Shown: positions 13,005-24,399 of the stretch, one piece after another
How the letters are laid out: the number at the start of each line of letters is the position of its first letter
How positions within the stretch are numbered: position 1 is the first letter of the stretch
Origin: Ginglymostoma cirratum
Lineage: Eukaryota
NCBI GenBank assembly: GCA_024137785.1
Contig: JAHRHZ010000082.1
Span: 8,324,371-8,388,370 of the forward strand
Reading direction: 5' to 3'
DNA length: 64,000 nucleotides
Notes under the pieces: model-generated
What the model saw: only the letters and a program-made list of their open reading frames with translations
What the model was told of the DNA's origin: nothing
Database searches by the model: none
Made by a program: the position numbers and the translations under genes

Positions 13005-13212
13005 AAAAATAACAAAGAAATGCAAATGCTGGAAATCTGAAATAAAAGCATAAATTGCTAGAGGAACTCAGCAGGTCTGGCAGTATCTGTAGAGGGAAAA
13101 CAGAGTTAATGTTTTGAGTCCAGTAGAAAAGTCACTGGACCTGAAAAATTAACCCTGTTTTCTATCCACAGATGCTGCTGGACCTGCTGAGTTCTCCAGC
13201 AACTTCTGTCAT
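13005..13212. mobile_element. PLE-derived fold-back (inverted repeat) element
   Basis: Arms ~13055-13124 and ~13133-13202 are imperfect reverse complements (aactcagcaggtctggcag / ctgctggacctgctgagtt). Confidence 0.8.
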
Positions 13213-13373
13213 TGTGTCATTGATCTCTCTGTGGGTCTGGGTTCTTCTCAGCACATGCATGGCCCAAATGTAAAACAGGGTCACTGCTGGACCACATGCA
13301 TGTTATGTCAATGCTGACTTGGCATATTTTATGGCAGTTATTGCATCTTTTATGATTTCAAGAAGGCGTTATG

Positions 13374-13516
13374 GAGTCATGGAGACATACAGCACAGAGA
13401 CACTTTGGCACACCTCCTCTACGTAAACCAAATTTCCCAAACTATACCAGTCCTATTTGCCTGCCTTTGGCCCATATCCCTCTAAACCTTGCCTATTCAT
13501 TCATCTGTCCAAATGT
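13374..13516 (-). mobile_element. CR1 3' end fragment
   Basis: Antisense of the same 3' end as 1-306 (ggcccatatccctctaaacc...tgtccaaatg). Confidence 0.8.
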
Positions 13517-13665
13517 ACCTTGATATAGCACTTGGGACTAAACACATGAAAGGAAATGGGGAAAAAGCAGGAACAGGCTAGAGCTGGATGATCATCCATG
13601 ATCATAATGAATGGTAGAGCAGGGCCAAATGGCCTACTCCTGCTCCTACTTTCTATTTTTTCTGT
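13517..13665 (+). mobile_element. CR1 3'UTR fragment (different subfamily)
   Basis: ccatgatcataatgaatggtagagcagg...aatggcctactcctgctcctactttctat. Confidence 0.8.
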
Positions 13666-13744
13666 ATTTCCTCAATGGCATACCTCACTGATGTTTGTTG
13701 TTCACGGTTACATGCAGAACTCACCTACTTGGTTCATGAGTACC

Positions 13745-14048
13745 ACAAAGTCACAGAATCACAGAAGTCTTATGCGCAGAAGGAGGCCATTCAACCTCTT
13801 GTGTCTGCACCAGCTCTCCAAATAAGCATCATATGCTATTCGACTGTCTCTTTCAGTACCCTCGCACATTCTTTCCATTTTAAATATCCATCTAATCCCC
13901 TTTGAATGCCTCAGTTTAACCTGCCTCCACTGCACTTCAGGGCAATGCATCCAGACCTGAGCCACTCATTGTGTGCAAGAGTTGTTTTTTAACTTCACAT
14001 TTGCTTCTTTTGCAAATCATTTAACGTCTAACACCTCTCATTCTTGAA
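13745..14048 (-). mobile_element. CR1 3' end fragment
   Basis: Antisense tail cacagaatcacagaa; gcagaaggaggccattcaacc; same subfamily as 43755. Confidence 0.8.
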
Positions 14049-15739
14049 ATAGCTACCTGCAGAGGAGGGAAAAAGAACCTGGGGCATCCCTGATGCTGAA
14101 TACAACTTTCTCCTTAATGTGAGGACACCTGAGATCTTTTACCACATTAAAACCACAACATAATTGCAAGAAAACTGTTGAGATGATGAGGTGGTTCAAG
14201 TCACTGTGTGGTGCCAATGACTCTGACGTCAAGAAACTCCCTTATTATACTACAATCTGTTGGAAAATCCAAAGCATTATTGCTCTCCTGAAAATTAAAC
14301 TTAAAACCTACTTAGTAAGTACTTTTACACATCTGGCAAAATATGGAAATGCAGATTAAATAACTGAATGCTTTCATCCTTTGTTTTATGATTCAGTAGC
14401 AAATGTGTTTGCTGTGACTGCAAACCGAAGGGAAAATATGAACGAATTTCTACAGCTGTGCTCTGAAGCTGACGTGTGTTCCAATAGCTATTTGTGCTGT
14501 GTAATTTCGTGAATTTGAAGGTAAATCCACTATAGTTAGAAAGGGAGCAAAGGGACTGATATCTTCTAAATTAGGGCAGTTCTACTTGTTTACTAATCTC
14601 TTGGCTTATGTAGTTTCACTTGATTCATGTGTTCCAAAACCCAAAACGTAGCCTCTTGAAATTGGCTGGAAAAGTTAATGAGACTGCATTGGTGATGTAT
14701 TGAGTGTGTTACATAGGAAAATGTCTAACTGAGAATCTGGCCAAGTGTGCAGGTGTGGTTAACACAGTGTAATAACTTGCAATTTTTGGCTCGTTTCCAC
14801 AAAACTCTGGTCAGCAAATGGAATACATTTGATTGGATACTGTCAGTAGTTCTCCTCCCTCAGAGGATAGAGTGACATTGTCTTCTGAATGTTATTATAT
14901 CTCGTGGTCAATAGTCAGTGTACATTTAAGAAACAGGCGGATGATATCACCATGTGATCTGAGTGCATAAAGGTCCCATACCAGTCTTAGACAGGGACTT
15001 TCACATTGTTATAAAGTCACTACTCCTTGAAGTTTCTGTTTGTATCTCACATATGTTTCGGCGTGGATGCAAAAGTTTAATAATTTGCATAAAGCAAACA
15101 ATTTGACAGTATACCACCCACTTTTCTCTCAACTGATCAGAATTATAAGAAATGGTTCACATGTACTTCATTTAGAAAGATTGGCTTTTGCTGAAGATCT
15201 GCCAATGATTTAAGGAATTTTAAAGCTGAAGCCAGAAGAGAGGAGGCAGGTCCCTTCATGTAGAAACTGAAGGTTTTGACCCTTCAATTCAATTATTGGC
15301 CTCCTGTGCATCACTGAATTTAATCACTGTGACATTATTGCTAAGTTTGCGAGGCATCAAGCTCTAGAATTCACTCCATGAAGGTCTGCCTTACTCTTGT
15401 CTTTCTGAGATGCTTGCTGATTACTGAGCTGGTGCTTCCCAAACTTTTTCCCATTATGACAATATTTGAGGCTTGTATATTGTTGTGACGTTGGCGTCTG
15501 TGAAACTGCGGGCCTTTCTGTCAGAGCATGAGCGCAACAGTCATTAAACATGACACGTCTCCACGATAGTCATTGCTGCCTTTGAATTAGCAACCCCAAA
15601 ACTTCAGGGTGTCTAATGTCTTGCTCTGTCAGATTGTTTTTTTCACTGTCCTGTAAAGTTCCTTTGCGTTTTACTACATCTGCTATAACGGATGTATAAG
15701 TAGAAGTTTTGAGGTTTGTAGAACTTTCCAAACCTTATG

Positions 15740-15935
15740 ACCCAAAAGAGAGTCATTTGCCCATTATTTCTGTGAAGGAACTCTAGTTACTCCCACTCCA
15801 TTTGTTCTTTCCTCATAGCCTGGCAATCCCTTTGTCTTCTAAGTATTTATGTACTTCCCTTTTGAAAGTTACGAAATAAGCTTCCCACATTGTATTGCAA
15901 ATTATAACAGTTCCCTATGTAGAAGAATTGTCTCT
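15740..15935 (-). mobile_element. Highly decayed CR1 3' fragment
   Basis: tcccactcc...ctcatagcctggcaat...aagtatttat...cccttttgaaagtta resembles antisense CR1 3' end. Confidence 0.4.
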
Positions 15936-18900
15936 TGCTTTACATGTAAGGTTCAAATTTATGATGGTGAGGTACAGCTCCATTTTTAAAAAAAAACTCA
16001 AGGATATAGGACAGTTGACTAAATACCTTTGGAAAAATGCATGAAAGATCATAGAGAAAATGAATAATTAAACAATTCTGATATCCCATCAATTCAGCAG
16101 TTTCCAACATTTTACAAGCTGGGATCCTAAAATCAAACTGTTTTTCAATGAAATTTAGGGAACTGTGATGCATGAAAGTATGTAGGCCCTTTGTTTGGAA
16201 TTGTCTTTTCTCTACAGCCAGACTGGCAAATGGAAAGCAGTTGGCTCTAGGTGGTGTATCCAATCTGGTGTTTTGTAAAAGACACCTGAGAGCCATGTTT
16301 ATGACCCTTTAAGGAATTACCAGAATTACTCTTGACAGTCTTTTTTTAGATGGACTCTGGGATCAATATATTATCTGTCATTTTACCAACTTCATGAGAT
16401 AGTGTAATAGGATGTTGAAACTCAATTATGAAGTAAACCACATAAACCATGGGATTACGAAAATGTAAGACTTCTATAACTGCTTTAAAACGCCTGGTGA
16501 TATTTTTAACTCAGTCAATATTGAATGCTCTTTCCAGCTATCAAAATAGACTAAAAAAACATGTTGGATCTGTCAGCGTCTGTAAAAAGAAAAGACGGAT
16601 TAATCTTTTGGGTTATTGTTTCCTGTTTTTGGAATATATCATCTGTGTCAGCAATGTCCAAACTATGGGCCATTTGGTGGCTCTGCCATTGAAGCCCAGG
16701 GAACTTGATTCGATTCGTACTTAGAAGTTTTACTGAGCAATTCATCCCACTTAGAATTCCATGCACCTGAAGGTTTGAAATGGACCAAGTTTTTTTTTAG
16801 CATTGTTCTTCCGTTAATTCTAAATCATTGTACCAAGTGCTATTTATATTCAGAGTCAGCGACATATGATTTTCGACTTAATGTTTAGATGTAGCCCAAG
16901 AGGAACCGTTACATCTGTACAAGTGGTCCATATAAAGAGAGGGTTTGAATAGTATTTTTTTTCTGACAGTTGACATTGCTTCATTAATATTTAATTAAAA
17001 TTGGAATAAGGCATTGTCTGCAGATTGCTGAATTCAAAATATCAACAAGCTCAAGTTTATTAGGTTGTTGGTATTAATGCGGAAATTTGCCTGCTGTTCT
17101 TAACAGGATTAAGCTGTAATTTTCCTTGGAAAGCTTAATTTGTAAGGTGGGGATTGAATGCTATAGTGTTAAAACTTTGGGTTGAAGGATTTTGAAATGA
17201 CAGGTAGGAGACTGAACTTTTCACCTGTGGATAATGTTCAGAAAAAGCCAGTGCTGATCATTGCATGGGAAACAGGTGAGCTGCAAAATTGGGATAAGTT
17301 TTGTGTATATAAATTTTAAAAACCGCAACTAGGTTTTACAAGCAAAAAGAATGAAATTTTGATAAGTAATAATCTTATGCATGTATCGTATATAATCCTA
17401 TAGGGAGATTATGGGGGATGGAGAATGAATGAACAGTGGTGTTGGAATCTTGACCATCGGAATTGGTTTGAACTAGTTTCAGTATTTGCTGTTCTTCCAA
17501 TTTATCTCTGAAATGAAACTTCAGGAAAGAAGCTTGAAATTGAGTGTGTAGATTGTCATCAAATTCTATAATATCCAGCACATGTGAAACTAAAGATAAT
17601 CATTGCATTTGAATTGTTGTAATGTGCCAAGCACAGTAGGAATATTAACCATAGCTACACCATGAGGTTAACAAAATGATCTTTCTATTTAGTATCTTTG
17701 ATTTAGTTAAAAGAATACATTTTGCACAAAGTTGCTCCTTTGGAATGCAATGCTTAGTTGTTTTTAGAAAGTGTCGTCAGCTGAAATATTTCCTGAATTT
17801 TCTTATTAAAAGAGTTGAAATATGTGTGAAGATTCAAACAAAGCAATTATAGGCAGCTCTGAAAGTTAAATAAATTGTTCTTTTTAAAAAAAGCAATGCG
17901 AAGTACTTTTGCGGCTCTTGCCAAGAGCTCACTGCTGTTACTCTGGTGCTGTTGACTGAATGGGCCTATTGGAATGGTGGTGAACTGACAGAAGAGATTA
18001 GCAGTTGGGTGTTCACTGAAAAGTGACTGAAGATACTCAAGCTGTTGCCTGAAGTCACAATGAGTTGGAGTCTGAATAAAATCAAAAAGAAGAAAAACTT
18101 GATCCAAACACACAATTCTAGTTTACCAGACTTCCCTTCCCTTCGTGACGACTTGCTTAAACCTGTTAATGCACCATGATTCACTGGTACGTGAACTAGG
18201 GAAGAGTTATTAGTTCTGTCATGACTGTATGCTAAATTCAGTGATGTATGCGCCAATATTCATTTCTATTTATAATGTACTATTTGTACATATTGAAATA
18301 ATTGTTTCTCTGTGGATTATACTGAAGACTGTTGTTTCAGGTAAATGAGGGGACCCATTCTTCGCTCACCATTCTGAATGTATTTGCTGCTACTTGTGGG
18401 ACAGTTGGCAATCTGTTAAAACATTGATCTAGATTTGTTTTTAAGGATGTAATGCATCAATTTAGTGTTGTCAGTCAGAGTAGTTGGGTGACAACTTCCT
18501 TGCTGCTGAGTGCAATTTGGCTGGCTAGCAATTCTGTAAGTTTACAAACAAAAAATGCAAACTGTTGGCTAAAGGACAATTTTCCATTTCAGGGCTGAGG
18601 TTTTAGTTGAGTCGAAGAAAAGGGCTACAAACACTCCATTTGTCAAACATTGCTCAGGAGGAGGGTATCTCAATTCAATCTCAATGCTAAGTGCCAGCAC
18701 CCTTCGGGTCCCTCTCGAATACCCACCAAATAAGAAAAGGCAGTAACAATGGGATGTCTTGAGATCCTGACATAATCTCTGACCCTTTGCGTTTACTTCT
18801 ATCAGATCTAGGGTGGGATTATGCCAAAATGCTCTGGGTATACAGCCTTGATATGTTTTTGGAGCTGTCCATTTATTGGATATTTGGATGAATGGCATTC

Positions 18901-19334
18901 TAGATAACCCAGTAAGGTGGGGTTCCCTTAATTTTGATTTTATTTTTCAGTGTCTGGAATGTGATAATTATTTGTTTTATATTTACACCATTGAGACAAA
19001 GTGATCGAAAACTATGACCAGAGGGATCAGTTCAGAGCTTAAGATGAAAAAAAAAATTGCTGACATGCTGGGTGATGCTAGTGAAAAATAATTCTGGACA
19101 AAAGATGACTAGTTTTACTCTTTTAATGGGAATTTCCCCGGTTGAACCAAAGTCTGGGACTGTGACGTATGACCTGCAGGTGCAGATTGTGATCATGAGC
19201 TATTGTATAAAATCCTTGTTACGTTACTTGAGTTGAAAAATGTTCCCAGTGTTGGGAAGAACTGATCATGCCTGTGTTTAGAGGCATACTTTGAGCTCAA
19301 TTTCTTCCCCTGCCAGTATCTTTTTTTTTCCGGG

Positions 19335-19460
19335 AAAGTACGAACTGCAGGTGCTGGAGAATCTGAGATAACAAGGTGTAGACCTGGATGAACACAGCAG
19401 GCCAAGCAGCATCAAAGGAGCAGGAAAGCTGACATTTCGGGCCGAGACCCTTCTTCAGAA
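19335..19460 (-). mobile_element. PLE-derived single-arm element with hammerhead core
   Basis: Same sequence as the left arm of 21801 and 62844; minus strand 19458-19431 reads CTGAAGA-A-GGGTC-TC-GGCCC-GAAATGTC. Confidence 0.85.
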
Positions 19461-19729
19461 GTTGGTTTGAGAATATGAGCAGTGGCATCTCAATGCATTA
19501 TAAATTACTTCAACTCAGTTTGTATCATACTCACGAGGTCCAAAGAACTCTGTGTTCAGGAACTTTGGGCTCATAGTCCTGCAGAGATGGCAGTATAGAA
19601 ACTAGCAACGCTTAGTCTGGGGTGGGCAGTGACATCAGCCAGTAGTGACGTGACCTGCATGGTGTGCCATGCTGGAAAGAATGCCCCTATGGGCAGTTCC
19701 TTGCTGGACTGGAACTGAGAAGAAGACCT

Positions 19730-21110
19730 TAAAACATTAAAAGCAGAACTAGGCCATTCACCCCTTTGAATCCAGTCCATCATTCAGTGAGAGCATCGCT
19801 GATCCTATTAATTTAAGCTCCAATTTTCAGTCATTCCCCATAACCCTTGGTCCACATCCTGATTAAAAATCTAACTATCTAAGCTTTGAAATACTTAAAT
19901 GACTCAGCCTCAACAGCCCTCTGTGGTGAAGAATTACAAGATTCACAAGCATATGAGCAAAGAAATTAATCCTCATCACTGTTTTTAGTGGTTTGACCCC
20001 TTACGCTGAGATAATGTCTTCTGGTCCTAAACCCTCCAGAAAGGGAAAGAACCTTTTAGCATCTGCCTGTCAAGCCCACAAATTACCTTAATGTTCCTGT
20101 AAGGTTTGCTTTCTTTTTTCTAAACTCCATTACCTACAAGTCCAAGCTACTCAACCTATCTTCATAAGAAAATCTCTCCATGCGCTGAATTAAGCGAGTG
20201 AACTTTCTCTGGACTGCCTCCAATGCCAGCATATCTTTCCTTATAAAACAGCTCACAGTATTCCAGATGTGGTCTGACCAGTGTCTTGTATAGTTTTAGA
20301 AGACTTCCTTATTTTTTTTACTCCACTCCTGTTGAAATAAAGGCCAATATTCTGTTTGCCTTCCCTATTATCCAATGAACTTGTATGCTAACTCTTTGTG
20401 GCTCATGCACTAGGATTCCCAAATCCTTCTGCACTGCATCTTTCTGCAGTCTTTCTTCATTTAAATAATATTCATTCCTCTATTCTTGCCAAACCTCCAC
20501 ATTTTTCCACATTAAATTCCATCTGCAAAGTGTTTTCACGTGTTCTTAACTTCTCTGCATTGCTGTAGATTTTTTGTGTCACCCTCACCACTTTAGGGGA
20601 GGTGATGGCCGATTGGTATTATTGCTGGACTGTTAATCCAGAGACCCAGTAACATCTGGAGGCCTGGGTTCAAATCCAACCATGGCAGGTTTTGAATTTG
20701 AATTTAATAAATATCTGAAATTAAGAATCTAGCAATGACCATGAGTCGATTGTCAGGGGAAAATCCCATCTGGTTCACCAATGTCTTTTAGGGAAGGAAA
20801 CTGCCATCCTTACCTGGTCTGGCCTACATGTGACTTCAGACCCACGGCAATGTGGTTGACTCTTAACTGCCCTCTGGGCAATTAGGGATGGGCAATAAAT
20901 ACTGGCCTAGCCAGTGATACCCTCATCCTGAGGATGAATAAAGAAAAAAAACTTTCCTTTGCACCTATTTTTGTGTCATCTGCAAATTTTAGTGATAGCA
21001 TATTCATTTCCCTCATCTAAGTCATTAACAAATATTATAAATATTTGTAGCCCCAGCACTGACCCTTGTCACACTCTGCTAGGTATAGGTTGCCATTGGA
21101 AAATGCCCTC
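19730..21110 (-). mobile_element. CR1 LINE, 5'-truncated, with part of RT domain (pseudogenic)
   Basis: Minus strand encodes QGSVLG (~21050-21070, preceded by a stop) and KFADDTK (~20969-20989), then ORF2 C-terminus and 3'UTR; interrupted by a SINE. Confidence 0.9.
20596..20951 (+). mobile_element. tRNA-derived SINE (family B), full length, inserted in CR1
   Basis: ggggaggtgatggcc...tggta A-box-like, gggttcaaatcc B-box, tail gggcaattagggatgggcaataaat...gaataaagaaaaaaaa; possible acttt TSD. Confidence 0.9.
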
Positions 21111-21128
21111 CCAAACCACATGACCTAA

Positions 21129-22217
21129 TGTTGTAAAATGAGTCAATTTAAACAAGCTTTCTTGAATTAGCAATAAGAGTAAACTTATTAATTACTATCC
21201 ATGACAAGAAATACCAAAGCAACATATACACACACAGATTAGAAATAGGAGGTGAGTCCAAAATAACAAAACGTTACAGCAATCAGATTCTGCACACAGA
21301 GTGGATAGCTGATTGTTGCCACTCTTGTACTGGAGGTTACAGATAGCATTGCTATTGGTATTTGAACAGTTGGCTTCAAGATTCTTAGTTTTTCAGATTG
21401 GTTGAAATTCTGTCGTTCTGATTCTTTTCAACTAAGATTAAATTTCAGCTTTCGGGAATGATGTCCTCTTTCATTTTATCTGGTCTACAGGATTTAGTGT
21501 GAGAGAGGGTCTTACTTTAACTGCAGTCTTTGGGTGACTAGGAGAATGTTTGCATCCAGGTTGGTACATGCACAATGCTCAGTTCCTACTTGCACTTTCC
21601 AGTTGAGTCGAAATTGTCTTTTTAACCCCTGTCCTTGTGTGTTCTTCAAAGGGAAAAACAACATGTATCTGCGGTTTGGGACAAAATCCACAGGGGCTGC
21701 CTTACTGTTGAGTAGGGGATTATTGGCCCCACATTATTTTTGTTTTCACAGGCGATTACAATATAGTGTCTTTTGACTTGCCTATCACCCCCTTTGAAGG
21801 CGTAGTAGGAACTGCCGATGCTGAAGAATCTGAGATAACAAGGTGTAGAGCTGGATGAACACAGCAGGCCAAGCAGCATCGGAGGAGCAGGAAAGCTGAC
21901 GTTTCGGGTCTAGACCAGAAAGGTCTTCTGAAGAAAGGTCTAGACCCGAAGCATCAGCTTTCCTGCTCCTCCGATGCTGCTTGGCCTGCTGTGTTCATCC
22001 AGCTCTAAACCTTGTTATCCCCTTTTGAAGGGCTGTTATTTGAAATTCCCTTCACAATGATGGGTGTGTTATTTGTGGATTTTTCTTTCCAGATAACCAC
22101 TTCCTTTCCATCCACAGTTGTTTTTGGCTGTATAAGTCCTCTTTTAGAAAGCACAATTTTGAAATTGCAAGTTAAATAGGTCCACAGTAATTCTGAGTTG
22201 TGACCCGTGGTTGTGAC
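21129..22217. mobile_element. Possible decayed solo LTR hosting the PLE fold-back insertion
   Basis: Begins tgttgta and ends near ttgtgac; composition resembles LTR-like shark repeats; no TSD identified. Confidence 0.25.
21801..22018. mobile_element. PLE-derived fold-back element with 13-bp TSD
   Basis: 83-bp arms 21834-21916 and 21937-22019 with ~3 mismatches; TSD ccccctttgaagg (21788-21800) / ccccttttgaagg (22019-22031); decayed hammerhead at 21928-21955. Confidence 0.9.
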
Positions 22218-23094
22218 TTTAGCCAGAGTCCCAACTTGCAGATGAGCTCACTTTGAATAACCTCAGAAATTGCAAAGTACTGTGCAGTATTTTTGGGGTG
22301 GGAGGGAGGGAGAAAGCATTCCTGGATTTGGCAGCAAATGTTGCTACAAGCTCACAGTGAGGACAGGGGATACGGCGACTACTCCACACAAATTTGATCA
22401 TGGTTATGAGGGTTGCACTTGTAGCACCTCTGCATCTGCAATGCAACAGGGAGATGGAGCAAAAACTGCAGAGAGGGGAAATCCTATCTGTCAAGTTGGA
22501 ACTGGATTCTTCATGCATTTTGTCGATGACTGGCTTGCCAGGCAACTGCCTTTCAACGCGCCCAATATTTCTCTGTACATGGCCCTCAGTATTTCTCCGT
22601 ATTCTTCCCCATAAAGGTCCCATCTGGATCCCTGACAGCGGTGATGGACTGAATTCTGCAACTGATAGACCATCCTTCACTAGTGTCCCATTGCCCGCTG
22701 TCACTCATGCAGTTACCCTTGGTTTACCAGCTGTGCTCTGCGAAGTATTATTATAGAAAATAAAAACATGGGAGAGTGTAGGCCATTCAATCCCTCAAAC
22801 CTGCTCCACTGTTCAGGGATACTGTGTGCTGAAAGAGAGAGGAATACTCAATGCTGGTGAATGGTCTCACTGCTTAAGTGATTGGCTGCATGCGGAAGTA
22901 GCCAGAGCTCAGATACAAGTCTGCAATTATTGCTGTGTGTGTGACGGTGAGGTGAATTAACTCAGTGGAAGGTGTGAGCATTGAGTACCAGGGACTGCTA
23001 ATGGGTGTGTGTTGGGGTTTCAGTCCATTGACCATTGTGAGAGGTGGTTGAACCAGTGAATAGATGATGTTGTGTGAACATGCATTCACTGACC

Positions 23095-23190
23095 TTGACC
23101 ACCATTGTCAGGTGGTTAAACTTCTTGTTGCCTTGTCCATGGGATAGATTCTGGGTACTGACCTCCATGACCACCCACACCCATTCCTTT
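23095..23190 (-). mobile_element. Remnant of PIF/Harbinger Myb/SANT-like coding exon
   Basis: Minus-strand EWVWVVMEVS...NKKFNHLTMVVK followed by gtcagt resembles the W..VA.EVS...C.KKFNDL pattern of Harbinger Myb-like proteins. Confidence 0.45.
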
Positions 23191-24054
23191 AAGAAGATAT
23201 GAGGGATGGATAAATGCTGGCATAGCCCATCCATGTCCCATGAATAACTTAAAAAATCTTTGAGGGCTAGTTGGGCACTCGGTCACATCTATGACCTTAG
23301 GCATCATCTGTCTCTCTCCCCCTAGTGTTCCACTTATTTAGCTTCTACATACAACCAATGTCAATATAGGTAGTCAGCTACGAGATCCTTCCACTGAGAT
23401 CTTCGCCCAGTTGGAGAGGTCCTGTCCCTTCAAGGGGAGCAGTCATGTTTTCTCTGAGCTAATGCTGCCATCAGGTTAGTGAGAAGACAGCATCAAGTCT
23501 GTGTGCTGCCTACTTCGGTGGCAACAAGTACAGCAGGTTGTGAGTGACCATCCCTTCACCCAGAACACGGTGCGCACAATTTTTGTACTTGTACACAATG
23601 CATCCACACTACAGCCTTTGAAAGAGTGGCGCAGCAATACTGCAACATCATTTAATGGACAGAATGTTACATTGTATCAATTGCCGCATCTTCTAATTTG
23701 TCAGAAGTGACCGATTCACTAAGTTTGACTTTTCAGTGTCTCTCTGAACCAATGTTTTCACAAACATTGATAAAATTGGCCAAATGTATAACATTGGCCC
23801 TCGCTGCAATTTTCAATGGAGCCTGGCACTTGCCTGGCAATCTTTCCTGGTTTCATGACTGTTTCATATAGCCATGCTAATGTCCTGGTGGATTATAGCC
23901 TTGCAATAACAGTGGCATTATTAACTAATGTCAACTGTTTACTTTTTTTTATAGCAGTGATAGTCATTACAGTCATTGCGATTTTGCAGTGGCCTATCAA
24001 ACTTCAGGCCAGTGCATAATTTTTGGTGGGTGTAGAGAGTTGCTTCAGCAACAA

Positions 24055-24399
24055 GAAGGCAATGGCTTAATGGTATTATCGCTAGCCTATTATTCCAAAG
24101 ATCCAAATAATATTCAGGGGAACTGGATTCAAATCCTCCCATGATAGACAGTGGACAGTTTTTAAAAAAAAAATCTGAAATGAATAGTCTAATGTGACAC
24201 CGTTGCCAATTTTTGGGCAAATATCCATCTGGTTTACTAATTTCTTGGAGCAAAGCAGTCTTTACTGGTCTGGCATACATGTGACTCCAGAACCAGAGCA
24301 ATGTGATTGACTGTTACCTTCCTTCTGGATAATTATAGATGGGTATTAAATGCTGGCCTGGCTAAAAACGCCCACATCCCACGAACAAATTTTTAAAAA
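24055..24399 (+). mobile_element. tRNA-derived SINE family B (diverged)
   Basis: Aligns along its length with 20596-20951 (ccatctggtt, catgtgactccaga, taaatgctggcc). Confidence 0.85.

Noticed and set aside
21834-22019. Fold-back read as a MITE (DNA transposon) or pre-miRNA
   Set aside because: Arms are asymmetric, the TSD is 13-14 bp, solo arms exist, and a hammerhead motif is present. These fit a Penelope-like origin better.
22491-22673. LRAMYREILGALKG as a Harbinger transposase R..IE..IG.LK motif
   Set aside because: Similarity too weak to call by eye.
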